A DNA stretch of 64,000 nucleotides from positions 4,561-68,560 of the forward strand of contig JBFMEB010000006.1 in assembly GCA_040753675.1 (NCBI GenBank). The letters run 5' to 3'. This document shows, in pieces, positions 18,041 through 27,188 of this stretch. Both the position numbers and the translations under genes were made by a program. Each line of letters opens with the position of its first letter. Positions within the stretch are counted from its first letter, which is position 1. The notes under the pieces are model-generated. The model was not told the DNA's origin. It ran no database searches and saw nothing but the letters and a program-made list of their open reading frames with translations. This DNA comes from Candidatus Omnitrophota bacterium. Lineage in GTDB: Bacteria > Omnitrophota > Gorgyraeia > JAHJTE01.

Positions 18041-18421
18041 ATGGCAATACAAAATTCAAAATCTGATGACTTTAAAGAGAAATTTAAACAAAGACTATAT
18101 GATTTTGTATTAAAGCTTATCAATTTTTTAGATAGTTTAGCTAAAGATAATGTTTCAAGAAGAATTAGTGACCAATTGTTAAGGAGCGGAACAAGTATTC
18201 TTGGGAATTATATTGAAGGTAAATCAGCAAGCAGTAAAAAAGAGTTTACTAATTTTTTTAATACTTCCTTGAAGTCGGCTAATGAAAGCAAATTATGGCT
18301 TACATTATTGCGTGATGCTAAACGAGCTAATACTGAAGAAGTAACTTGGTTTCTGAAAGAACTCGATGAGATTTCTAATATTTTTGCATCAAGCATTTTG
18401 ACACTTAAAGGTAAAAAGTAA
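18041..18421 (+). CDS. Four-helix-bundle protein (TIGR02436 / '23S rRNA intervening sequence protein' family)
   Basis: DQLLRSGTSILGNYIEGKSASSKKEFTNFFNTSLKSANESKLWLTLL matches the family core. The gene sits between pilB2 and pilC2 inside a caaaat/attttg palindrome (18002-18040 and 18422-18482). Confidence 0.75.
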   Translation: MAIQNSKSDDFKEKFKQRLYDFVLKLINFLDSLAKDNVSRRISDQLLRSGTSILGNYIEGKSASSKKEFTNFFNTSLKSANESKLWLTLLRDAKRANTEEVTWFLKELDEISNIFASSILTLKGKK

Positions 18422-18482
18422 TTTTTAATTTTAATATGTAATTTTGATTTTTGCAGTTTGATTTTTGAATTAGTTTTATATT

Positions 18483-19694
18483 ATGCCAAATTTCAGATAT
18501 AAGGTAAGAGACAGGGTGGGTAAACCTATTCTCGGCGTTATCGGAGCTAAGAATACAGAAATGCTCATTGAGTATTTTAAAAGTATGGGCTATACGCCGA
18601 TAACTGTCAGAGAACAGAGAGGCATAGGTATTTTAGAGTTCAGAAGGAAATTAAAAAAAATTACTTTAAAAGATATAAATATGATGACTCGCCAACTGGC
18701 TACTTTTGAAGGCGCGGGTATGCCGATACTTTCTGGGCTTAAAGCATTAGAGGATCAGACAGAGAATTGGCGGCTAAAAGAGATAGTGACAAAGATAAAG
18801 AAAGACGTGGAGGCAGGCAGCGAACTATCTGATGCCTTAGAACAGTTTCCAAATGTATTTTCAAATTTATATGTTAATATGGCCCGGGCTGGTGAGACAG
18901 CAGGAAAGCTTCATGAGATACTACTGCGGCTTGCAGAATTAGGCGAGAGGGATGCCAATACCCAAGCCCAGATAAAATCAGCTACACGTTATCCCTTGAT
19001 TGTAATTATTGTCATTTGTGCTGTTTTTTTAGGCATAACTACTTTTATCCTGCCAAAATTTGCCAATCTTTTTGAGAGATTTAATACAGAATTGCCTTTG
19101 CCTACTCGAGTGATGCTAGGAATTAATACAGCATTCCATAGATACTGGTATATCCTTTTGATTGCAGTTATTGCTGTTATAGTCGGGTTTCGGTTTTTTG
19201 TAAGAAGCAAAGGAGGACGCAAGATTTGGGATGCCTTTGTATTAAATATGCCCATTTTTGGCAAACTAATTCAAGATGTAATTATGGCTAGGTTTTCTCG
19301 CATTATGGGCACGCTTCTTCAAAGTGGCCTGCCAGTCTTAAAAGCCCTGGATATAACCAGTGGCGTCCTTGATAATGTTATTGTAGCCAAGGCATTAGAT
19401 GATGTTAAAGATAATGTTAGAGAGGGAAGAGGTATGTCGCAGCCACTTGCTTTACATAAGGTTTTTCCGCCGATGGTAGTGCATATGGTTGCAGCAGGTG
19501 AAGAAAGCGGAGCGCTTGATTCTCTACTGGTTAAGATTGCTGAGCATTTTGATGCTGAGGTGGAAAGTGCAATAAAAAATTTGACTACCTTGATTGAACC
19601 AATACTTATATTTATTTTGGGTATTATCGTCCTTGGGTTAGCCTTGGCGATATTCTTGCCAATGTGGAATATGTCCAGATTGTTCTTGAAATAA
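18483..19694 (+). CDS. pilC: Second PilC/GspF platform protein
   Basis: Two T2SSF repeats, three TMs. Confidence 0.9.
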   Translation: MPNFRYKVRDRVGKPILGVIGAKNTEMLIEYFKSMGYTPITVREQRGIGILEFRRKLKKITLKDINMMTRQLATFEGAGMPILSGLKALEDQTENWRLKEIVTKIKKDVEAGSELSDALEQFPNVFSNLYVNMARAGETAGKLHEILLRLAELGERDANTQAQIKSATRYPLIVIIVICAVFLGITTFILPKFANLFERFNTELPLPTRVMLGINTAFHRYWYILLIAVIAVIVGFRFFVRSKGGRKIWDAFVLNMPIFGKLIQDVIMARFSRIMGTLLQSGLPVLKALDITSGVLDNVIVAKALDDVKDNVREGRGMSQPLALHKVFPPMVVHMVAAGEESGALDSLLVKIAEHFDAEVESAIKNLTTLIEPILIFILGIIVLGLALAIFLPMWNMSRLFLK

Positions 19695-19718
19695 AACTGC
19701 AAACTGCAGAAAAGTTCT

Positions 19719-19754
19719 TGACAATTATATATGTAAATGTTATTTTAATTAAAG
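19719..19754 (+). promoter_or_regulatory. Candidate promoter (TTGACA-17-TATTTT) upstream of pilin 19779
   Basis: Perfect -35 read directly. The -10 is weak. Confidence 0.3.
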
Positions 19755-19778
19755 ATAAACTTTGGGGGGAGGTGAGGT

Positions 19779-20162
19779 ATGTTGAAGAGATTAAGAGGTT
19801 TTACGTTAATCGAATTAGTTATTGTTTTAGCAATATTAGCAATATTAGCCGCTGTGGCAATTCCCAGATTCGTGGACTTATCTAAGAAGGCAAGAAGAGC
19901 AACTGCTGAGTCAGAATTAGGTTCTTTGCGCGCCGCAGCACAACTTTATTATGCTTCTGTGGCCCTGAGCGGAAACCCAAGCTTTCCTACTAGTGAAGCA
20001 GCGTTAAGAGCCAGGCTCGACCAAGATATAACGCAATTGGATACAAATACTACTGCAAGAAGCTTTGACTGGGTTTACTATGGAACCGGAACTTCTGCTG
20101 GTAGAGTAGCTAAGACAGGCCCATATACTGCTGGAGGTGCAGGCGCAGGCTGGAACTGGTAG
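19779..20162 (+). CDS. Type IV pilin (prepilin-type), likely the major subunit of module 2
   Basis: MLKRLRG|FTLIELVIVLAILAILAAVAIPRF. 127 aa. Confidence 0.85.
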   Translation: MLKRLRGFTLIELVIVLAILAILAAVAIPRFVDLSKKARRATAESELGSLRAAAQLYYASVALSGNPSFPTSEAALRARLDQDITQLDTNTTARSFDWVYYGTGTSAGRVAKTGPYTAGGAGAGWNW

Positions 20163-20204
20163 ACTTTGGCTTAACAAGAAGTTAATTTATTTTAATCTAG
20201 AACA

Positions 20205-20235
20205 AAAAAGGGAGAAAAAATTCTCCCTTTTTTTG
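20205..20235 (+). terminator. Rho-independent terminator after the pilin gene
   Basis: aagggaga-aaaaat-tctccctt followed by ttttttt. Confidence 0.65.
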
Positions 20236-20252
20236 TAATTATTCTGAAATTG

Positions 20253-21116
20253 ATGATGGTAAGCGTAATTATTCCCGTATATAATGAAGAGAAAAATCTT
20301 CAGTATGTTATTAGCTCAATAAAGTCAGCGCTCAAGGGTAATTTTGAGCTATTGATAATTAATGATGGCTCAACTGATAAGTCAGCAGATATAATTAGAA
20401 ATAGTGGAGCAGTTTTGGTTAATCAGCCCTATCGCATGGGCAACGGCGCTGCCATAAAACGGGGTATCAGAGAAGCCAAAGGCGATATATTAGTATTTAT
20501 GGATGGGGACGGCCAGCATAAGGCAGAGGATATTCATCGGCTATTAGAGCACATTGAGGAGTTTGATATGGTTGTAGGGGCAAGGACTAATAACTCGAAT
20601 ATGTGTTTACATCGAAGGCTGGCAAATAAAATTTATAACTGGCTGGCTTCTTATGTGACTAGCTTCCGGATAGAAGATTTGACCTGTGGGTTTCGCGCCA
20701 TCAAAAAAACCTTGGCTTTAAAGTTTGTTTATTTACTGCCAAACACCTTTTCCTATCCTACGACTTTAACCTTGGCAGTGCTTAAGACAGGCAGGAGTAT
20801 AAAGTATATCCCCATAACTACTACTGCCAGAGAAGGAAAGAGCAAGATTAACACAATCTACGACGGAGCAGGTTTCTTGTTAATTCTATTTAAGATTGCG
20901 ACATTATTTTCGCCATTTAAAATATTTCTGCCCATAAGTATATTATTTTTTATTTTGGGCCTTATAAATTATGCCTATACCTTTTTTACGGCTCATAGGT
21001 TTACGAGCATGTCAGCCCTTCTTTTTACAACTTCTGCAATTATTTTTATGCTTTCTTTGGTTTCTGAGCAGATTTCGCTATTGAGAATGCAACACAGTGA
21101 AGACAATAGAGAATAG
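20253..21116 (+). CDS. GT2 family glycosyltransferase, polyprenyl-phosphate sugar synthase (DPM synthase / ArnC-like)
   Basis: VSVIIPVYNEE...DGSTD...FMDGDGQH DxD region, plus C-terminal TM helices typical of DPM1/ArnC-type enzymes. Confidence 0.8.
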   Translation: MMVSVIIPVYNEEKNLQYVISSIKSALKGNFELLIINDGSTDKSADIIRNSGAVLVNQPYRMGNGAAIKRGIREAKGDILVFMDGDGQHKAEDIHRLLEHIEEFDMVVGARTNNSNMCLHRRLANKIYNWLASYVTSFRIEDLTCGFRAIKKTLALKFVYLLPNTFSYPTTLTLAVLKTGRSIKYIPITTTAREGKSKINTIYDGAGFLLILFKIATLFSPFKIFLPISILFFILGLINYAYTFFTAHRFTSMSALLFTTSAIIFMLSLVSEQISLLRMQHSEDNRE

Positions 21117-22626
21117 TTTAATTATAATTATAATTTGTTTTATCTCTTTAGTCTATTTACTTTGCTTAGATACCCAACTCGGTAGTTTTGGCGGTGATAA
21201 TGCTCAATATATCATCTTGGCAAAGGCGTTAAGTTCAGGCCAAGGCTATCGAGCAATAAACTTTCCTCATCAGCCTCCTTACACTCTTGTCCCTCCGGTT
21301 TTTGCTCTAATGCTTTCACCGATTGTGTATTTTTTTGGATACAATTTTTTCCTAATGCATATTTTAATCTTGGTCTTAGCAGCCTTTTCTTTAGTTTTTC
21401 TATTTCTACTTCTTAAAAACAAAGTGAACTTGGCTACAGCCAATTTAATAGTCTTTTTAACTGGCGGTCACTTTCTTTTGCTTACTTTGGCATTAACGCA
21501 GATATTGACCGAAATTCCTTACATCTTTTTTAGTTTAGTTGCTTTTTTTAGTTTTGAGCAATTTATTAAGTTAAAAGAGAAAAAATTTTTTTATATTTTT
21601 GTATGTATAATAGCAACAGTTGCGGCGAGTTTGACTCGAACTATAGGGATAATCATTCCTCTGAGTTTTATAACCCTTGGCTTAATTAAGTTAAAGAAAG
21701 AAGAGAGGGCAAAGGCAGTTATTTGTTTAGGACTTTTGTTGCTCATACCAGGTTTAATTTGGTTTGCCAGAAATATTTTAGTTGCTTCTCCCTTTGAACC
21801 TGAGGGAATTTTTCAGCAATTCTTTATGTTAGATTTATATGATGATGATGCTGGCAATATTGGTTTGACAAATTTATTCAATAGAATTTTTTTTAATGCT
21901 AAGGATTGTGCAGACTGGGCATTTAATTATGTATTTCCGGCATTTATTTTTTCGAAAGTACCGTTACCTTTCTTTGCTATATTAAGGGGATTGTTTATTC
22001 TCATTTTATGTCTGGGTCTCTGGCAGCATTTGCATAAGAAACTGAGCAGTTTAGAGATATACTTTTCGCTTTATATATTCTTCCTGCTTTTTTGGCATAT
22101 CTTTGAGATTGCCCGTTATTTACTGCCTGTGCAATTTTTATTATTTTTATATTTTTTTGAAGGCCTTAAGTATTTGGGCAATTTAAATCTTAAACCAAAG
22201 GCAAAAGGAATCTTGACGACTTTGGTTTATTTAATTATACTTTTAAGCCTTTTCTTGAATAGTATACACACCTACAGGACAATAAAAGACTATTGTTCTG
22301 CCCCAACAGATCATCGTCTAATAAATTTTCTAATTGCCAATAAATGGGTTAAGGCTAATACCGAGAAAGATGCTGTAATCTTGTCTCGCAAGCCTACTAT
22401 TACCTCCTTGTTTAGTGAACGACAGTCTCTAGGCTATCCATTTACCAAAGATGATAAAAGAATTATTGATTATATTAAGGCGCATGCAATTAAGTACATT
22501 ATTTTGGATGAGTATTTTAGAGAATCAGCTCGGTTTTTGGCTGTGGCAATTAAAAAAAATCTGCCTCTTTTTAAACTGAGATATAGGGTTTCTGATACTT
22601 TGGTTTTTGAATTTAAGCCAGATTAA
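21097..22626 (+). CDS. GT-C fold polytopic membrane glycosyltransferase (ArnT/PMT/TfpW-like)
   Basis: ~11 predicted TMs in the N-terminal two thirds and a soluble C-terminal domain. Directly follows the polyprenyl-P-sugar synthase. Confidence 0.55.
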   Translation: MKTIENSLIIIIICFISLVYLLCLDTQLGSFGGDNAQYIILAKALSSGQGYRAINFPHQPPYTLVPPVFALMLSPIVYFFGYNFFLMHILILVLAAFSLVFLFLLLKNKVNLATANLIVFLTGGHFLLLTLALTQILTEIPYIFFSLVAFFSFEQFIKLKEKKFFYIFVCIIATVAASLTRTIGIIIPLSFITLGLIKLKKEERAKAVICLGLLLLIPGLIWFARNILVASPFEPEGIFQQFFMLDLYDDDAGNIGLTNLFNRIFFNAKDCADWAFNYVFPAFIFSKVPLPFFAILRGLFILILCLGLWQHLHKKLSSLEIYFSLYIFFLLFWHIFEIARYLLPVQFLLFLYFFEGLKYLGNLNLKPKAKGILTTLVYLIILLSLFLNSIHTYRTIKDYCSAPTDHRLINFLIANKWVKANTEKDAVILSRKPTITSLFSERQSLGYPFTKDDKRIIDYIKAHAIKYIILDEYFRESARFLAVAIKKNLPLFKLRYRVSDTLVFEFKPD

Positions 22627-22632
22627 TTACCT

Positions 22633-23790
22633 ATGAATATATTATTTATAGCCTGGAATTTTCCGCCCAAGTTAGGCGGGATGGAAAATATAGTATTCAA
22701 TATCTATCAGAGACTAAAAACTCGCTTTAATATTGTAGTTTTAGCGCCTTTTGCCAGCAGGGATAAGGAAGAAAATGATTCTGCGATAATTAGATGCCCT
22801 TTTAGAGGCTTTTTAGCTTTTAATTTCTGGATTTTTTACAAAGGACTGCGTCTAATTAGGAATAAACAGATTAATCTGATTTTTTCCTTAAGTTTTCTCA
22901 CCAGCCCAATTTCAATTATATTAGGTAAAATTTTTAATAAAGAAGTAATAACTCAAGTTTTCGGCCTCGATGTAATATATCCAAATTTTTTATATCAACT
23001 AATTTGCCGTTTATTTTTCCCATTGAATAACTTAGTAATTTCCATAAGCAATTATACTAAACAAGAATTGCTAAAGAGAAAAGTAAAGGAAGAAAGAATC
23101 AGAGTAATTTATCCGGGCGTAGATAGCCAGAAGCTGTTTTCTAATGCGAATATCGAAGAACTTAAAATTAAATACCAATTGCAAGATAAGAAGATAATCT
23201 TAAGCGTTTGTAGGTTGGCTAAAAGGAAGGGTATAGCAGAATTCATACTTTTTGCTCTTCCGAAGATTATTGAAGCAGTTCCGCAAGTGGTATATCTGGT
23301 AGTAGGAGATAATCCTTTCCAGGCCATGTTCCATAAGCAGGATGTAATGGCACAGGTTAAGCAGGCAATTACAATTACCAAAGCCGAATCTTATGTGAAA
23401 TTGTTGGGGGGGATAGACCCATATTCTAATATACAGACACTCTCAGAGATTTATAATTTATGCGATGTATTTGTTTTGCCTGTCATCGCTCTTAAGGACG
23501 ATATAGAAGGTTTCGGTGTAGTCTTTTTAGAGGCTAGCGCCGCAGGCAAAGTTACCGTGGGAACAAACGTAGGCGGAATTCCTGATGCAATTGAAGATAA
23601 AAAAAGCGGTATTTTAATTGAGCCGAATGATTATGCCAGATTAGCAGAAGAAATTATTTTTTTACTTAAGAATGATCGAAAACGCAAAGAAATGGGGGAA
23701 TACGGCCGCAGAAGAGTTAAAGATAAATTTGACTGGAGCGTAACGATAGAAGAATATTCAAATACGCTGAACAGACTAACATATGGATAA
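22633..23790 (+). CDS. GT4 family (GT-B) glycosyltransferase
   Basis: C-terminal EGFGVVFLEASAAGKVTVGTNVGGIPDAIED E-x7-E motif region. Confidence 0.85.
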   Translation: MNILFIAWNFPPKLGGMENIVFNIYQRLKTRFNIVVLAPFASRDKEENDSAIIRCPFRGFLAFNFWIFYKGLRLIRNKQINLIFSLSFLTSPISIILGKIFNKEVITQVFGLDVIYPNFLYQLICRLFFPLNNLVISISNYTKQELLKRKVKEERIRVIYPGVDSQKLFSNANIEELKIKYQLQDKKIILSVCRLAKRKGIAEFILFALPKIIEAVPQVVYLVVGDNPFQAMFHKQDVMAQVKQAITITKAESYVKLLGGIDPYSNIQTLSEIYNLCDVFVLPVIALKDDIEGFGVVFLEASAAGKVTVGTNVGGIPDAIEDKKSGILIEPNDYARLAEEIIFLLKNDRKRKEMGEYGRRRVKDKFDWSVTIEEYSNTLNRLTYG

Positions 23791-23793
23791 CAA

Positions 23794-24552
23794 GTGAACA
23801 TTGCAAATTTCGATACCAAGATCAATCGGAGTTTTTATGAAAATTTTTATAGGGGAGGCATTGTTGATAGATCTAGGGTTGAAACTCTCAAACAAAGTTA
23901 CCGTATAGCCTTAATCCGTTCTTTAGCAGGTAATTTAGGTATTGGGGCTAGCAAAAAAGTTTTGATAATAGGATGCGGTTCTGGAGATGACATTGCGGTT
24001 TATAACCATGGCGTGATAGCATCTGATTTGTCTTTTAATGCAATTAAATTGTCGAGGCATCGTTATCCAGACAACAAATATGTAGTGGCTGATTGTAGTT
24101 ACCTACCTTTTAAAAATAATTATTTTGATTTTGCAATTTGCTCTGAAGTAATTGAGCATATTAACAGCCCCATATATTTGCTGTCAGAAGTGTATAGAGT
24201 TTTGCAAGAAAATGGCGCGTTAATTATAACTGTACCGAACTGGTTAAGTTTTTTTGGCGTCGCAAGAAAAACACTTGAATTGTTAGTTGGTCATTCTATT
24301 ACGGCCAATAATCAGCCCATAGATAATTGGTACACTTTTAAGACATTACGGAGGAGATTATTAAAATGCCACCTTGAAATACAATGTATCAGAGGTTGCT
24401 GGTATTTTCCTCCTATAAGTTGGAGGAATTTAGCTTTATTGCCCGACAGTCTCGCTTACCGGATATTAGGAAAATTGATAAAAATAGATAAATTTCTGGG
24501 GAGAAAAATACCTTTTTTGGGACATATAATTTTAGCAGTATGTAAAAAATAA
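23794..24552 (+). CDS. Class I SAM-dependent methyltransferase
   Basis: VLIIGCGSGDD motif I and DFAICSEVIEHI motif. Confidence 0.8.
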   Translation: MNIANFDTKINRSFYENFYRGGIVDRSRVETLKQSYRIALIRSLAGNLGIGASKKVLIIGCGSGDDIAVYNHGVIASDLSFNAIKLSRHRYPDNKYVVADCSYLPFKNNYFDFAICSEVIEHINSPIYLLSEVYRVLQENGALIITVPNWLSFFGVARKTLELLVGHSITANNQPIDNWYTFKTLRRRLLKCHLEIQCIRGCWYFPPISWRNLALLPDSLAYRILGKLIKIDKFLGRKIPFLGHIILAVCKK

Positions 24553-24559
24553 GAAATGA

Positions 24560-26605
24560 ATGAGAGATTTTTTTAAGATCTTAAAAGAGTTAAAAGATTA
24601 TGAAGACTATTTAGCAGTGATAGTTTTTTTTATTTTTGTTTTTTTAATCTATTTTAAGAGTTTAGCTACTCCATTTGTATTTGATGACATCCATATGATT
24701 CTACGCAACAGTTATATAAAAGAACTTAAAAATCTGCATTTGCCATTTATTCGCGGCCGTGTGACAAACGTACCCTTAGAGAAAGGAATGTATCGGCCAC
24801 TATTAATGGCGAGTTTTGCCTTTAATTATCTTTTTGGCAGATTAAATCCAATTGGCTATCACATTATTAATATGATGTTTCATTTCTTAAATGCCTCGTT
24901 ATTATTTCTTTTATTTAAGCAGTTATTAAAAAAAGGCTCTTTTTGGCCAGCATTTATTGCTAGTTTATTATTCTTGCTCCATCCTGTAAACAGCGAAGCA
25001 GTAATTTATATATCATGTCGTTCAACCTTAATGGCTTCTTTTTTTCTTTTGTTAGGCCTGCTTTCTTATGCAAAATGGGAAGGACAGAAATTTGATAAAA
25101 AATATTATCTTAGTTTAATTAGTTTTGCCTGCGGTCTTTTTACTAAAGAAGTTATGATTATCTTTCCTTTGATGTTAATGAGTTACGATTTTCTCTTTAG
25201 AAAAGACTCAAAGCGCACTTTTACTGCTTTTATCAAAAGTCATTTCTTGTTCTTATTTATTGCCATATCTTATCTTTTATTAAGGCATAACTTAATCGGC
25301 GCCTTTACTAATTTAAGTTTGAAACGCAGTATTTATGAGAATTTCCTTACGAATTTACATGCCGGTGTTTATTATTTTAAATTATTCTTTTATCCTGTCA
25401 ATCTATGTATAGGTAGATATTTTCCTACCAGTAAATCTTTTTTTGAGCCGCAGATTTTGCAGTCAGCTGGAATTGTAGTTACCCTTGCAGTAATTGCTAT
25501 GGCGGTCTCCATTCGTTACCCAGTAGTTACTTTTGGAATATTTTGGTTTTTTTTAAATTTAGTGCCAAAGTTTATTGCCTCTTTAGCTTTATTAGCAGCC
25601 GAACACCATCTCTATCTGCCGGCAATGGGCATAGTTATGGTTATAGCCTTTGTCTTAAAGAAGATTAATGAGGTTTTGCAAGAGAGAAAATATAAATTGA
25701 TAAAAATGATGGTAGTGATATTGATTTTGAGCTTATTGTCTATTAGTGCAATACTTAGCTATCAGCGAAATGTTGTCTGGAATGACGAAACTGCTTTATG
25801 GCTTAATAATATTAAACATTCTCCTTTAGCCTGGGGGGCTTATAACAATCTTGGCTTACTCGCCTTAGGCAAAGGTAGATATGAAGAGGCGCATCAATAT
25901 TTTATTAAAGCCTTGGCAGGCCTGGAGCGTCTCGCCTCACCAGGCATGGAGATAGATTTGCATACTAACTTAGGAAGACTTTATTTGGAAACTGGAAAAT
26001 TAGATTTAGCCCAAGAAGAATTTTTTAAAGTGCTTGCTCTTAATCCTTTTGTTGCCGAGGCTCATAATAATTTGGGATTGGTCTATGCGAGGAAAGGCCT
26101 GCAAGAAAAAGAGAAAGAAGAGTTTAAATTAGCAATGGAATTAGACCCTTCTCTCGTAGAGGCATATAGCAACTTGGCAATTTCTTATTTCCGAGCGAAG
26201 GACTATCAACAGGCAATAGAACTCTCAAATAAGGCAATTAAGTTAAACCCAGATTACTCTAAACCTTATCTAGTTTTGTCAAAAATTTATGAAGAATTGA
26301 AAGATTTTAATCAATCGATCATTTTTAAGAAAATGGCAATGAATTTAATGCCAACCGATGCACAAGATTATTACGAGTTGGGGCTGCTCTATGGCAAGAT
26401 TGATAATACAAAAGCCATTGAAGCCTTTAAAGAAGCTATTAAATTGAATCCAGAATTTGCTGGTGCGCATAACAACTTGGCAGTAATTTATGCTAATTTA
26501 GAACCTCCCCAGCTTGAGCTTGCCAGGAAACACGCTCAATTTGCTTTGAAATACGGATATAAGGTTAAGCCTCAAGTATTGAGGCAGCTGGGGATTGAGC
26601 CATGA
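24560..26605 (+). CDS. Membrane protein with an N-terminal GT-C/PMT_2-like polytopic domain and C-terminal TPR repeats
   Basis: Multiple TMs up to ~aa 400, then at least 5 TPR units (AWGAYNNLGLLALGKGRYEEAHQYF..., AEAHNNLGLVYARKG..., AGAHNNLAVIYANL...). Confidence 0.65.
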   Translation: MRDFFKILKELKDYEDYLAVIVFFIFVFLIYFKSLATPFVFDDIHMILRNSYIKELKNLHLPFIRGRVTNVPLEKGMYRPLLMASFAFNYLFGRLNPIGYHIINMMFHFLNASLLFLLFKQLLKKGSFWPAFIASLLFLLHPVNSEAVIYISCRSTLMASFFLLLGLLSYAKWEGQKFDKKYYLSLISFACGLFTKEVMIIFPLMLMSYDFLFRKDSKRTFTAFIKSHFLFLFIAISYLLLRHNLIGAFTNLSLKRSIYENFLTNLHAGVYYFKLFFYPVNLCIGRYFPTSKSFFEPQILQSAGIVVTLAVIAMAVSIRYPVVTFGIFWFFLNLVPKFIASLALLAAEHHLYLPAMGIVMVIAFVLKKINEVLQERKYKLIKMMVVILILSLLSISAILSYQRNVVWNDETALWLNNIKHSPLAWGAYNNLGLLALGKGRYEEAHQYFIKALAGLERLASPGMEIDLHTNLGRLYLETGKLDLAQEEFFKVLALNPFVAEAHNNLGLVYARKGLQEKEKEEFKLAMELDPSLVEAYSNLAISYFRAKDYQQAIELSNKAIKLNPDYSKPYLVLSKIYEELKDFNQSIIFKKMAMNLMPTDAQDYYELGLLYGKIDNTKAIEAFKEAIKLNPEFAGAHNNLAVIYANLEPPQLELARKHAQFALKYGYKVKPQVLRQLGIEP

Positions 26606-26673
26606 GTTATGGGTTATGTGCTATGGGTTATGAGCCATGTGCTAGGAGTTATGCGCTTTGTGTTATGAGTTAA
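26596..26673. repeat. Tandem degenerate 14-bp repeat, ~5.5 units of g[ag]g[ct][ct]atg[tg]g[ct]tat
   Basis: gagccatgagttat gggttatgtgctat gggttatgagccat gtgctaggagttat gcgctttgtgttat gagtta. Confidence 0.8.
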
Positions 26674-26703
26674 AATTATACTAATGTATAAGAAAGGAGA
26701 AAT

Positions 26704-27075
26704 ATGCAGAGTTATAAAGATTTAGAAGTATATAAAATTTCGCATAAGTTAGCAATCGAAATTCATAAAATGACATTGGAATTACCTTATTTTGAAATGT
26801 ATGAGGAAGGCAGTCAAATAAGAAAATCTGCTAAAGCGATTCCAGCAAATATTGTTGAGGGATTTGGAAGGAAGAAATATCAGCAAGATTACTTGCGTTT
26901 TGTTATTATTGCTCATGCTTCCTGTAATGAGACAATAGAACATTTAGAAATTTTATTTGAAACAGGTTCTTTAAAAGATAGGGATAAATTCAATTATTTT
27001 CTAAAACAATATGATATCCTTGGCAGAAAACTTAATAAATTTATCCAAGCAATCGAAAAACAGCTGGAAATCTAA
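26704..27075 (+). CDS. Four-helix-bundle protein (23S rRNA IVS protein family), canonical member
   Basis: YKDLEVYKISHKLAIEIHKMT...IRKSAKAIPANIVEGFGRKKYQQDYLRFVIIAHASCNETIEHL is the classic family pattern. Confidence 0.85.
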   Translation: MQSYKDLEVYKISHKLAIEIHKMTLELPYFEMYEEGSQIRKSAKAIPANIVEGFGRKKYQQDYLRFVIIAHASCNETIEHLEILFETGSLKDRDKFNYFLKQYDILGRKLNKFIQAIEKQLEI

Positions 27076-27116
27076 ACACAAAGCCCAAAGCTCACGACAC
27101 ATTAGCCCAATATCCC

Positions 27117-27145
27117 TTGACTTTTTCTTTTTGCTATGATAAATT
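27117..27145 (+). promoter_or_regulatory. Candidate promoter TTGACT-17-TAAATT upstream of the histidine-kinase operon
   Basis: Read directly. Confidence 0.3.
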
Positions 27146-27188
27146 CAAAAGATAGATTATTGACTAATTAATTACCTTAAGTGCTTTA

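Noticed and set aside
19664-19885. 73-aa + strand ORF spanning the pilC2 stop, the promoter and the pilin start
   Set aside because: Overlaps the 3' end of pilC2, a candidate promoter and the pilin gene in another frame. No homology. Spurious.
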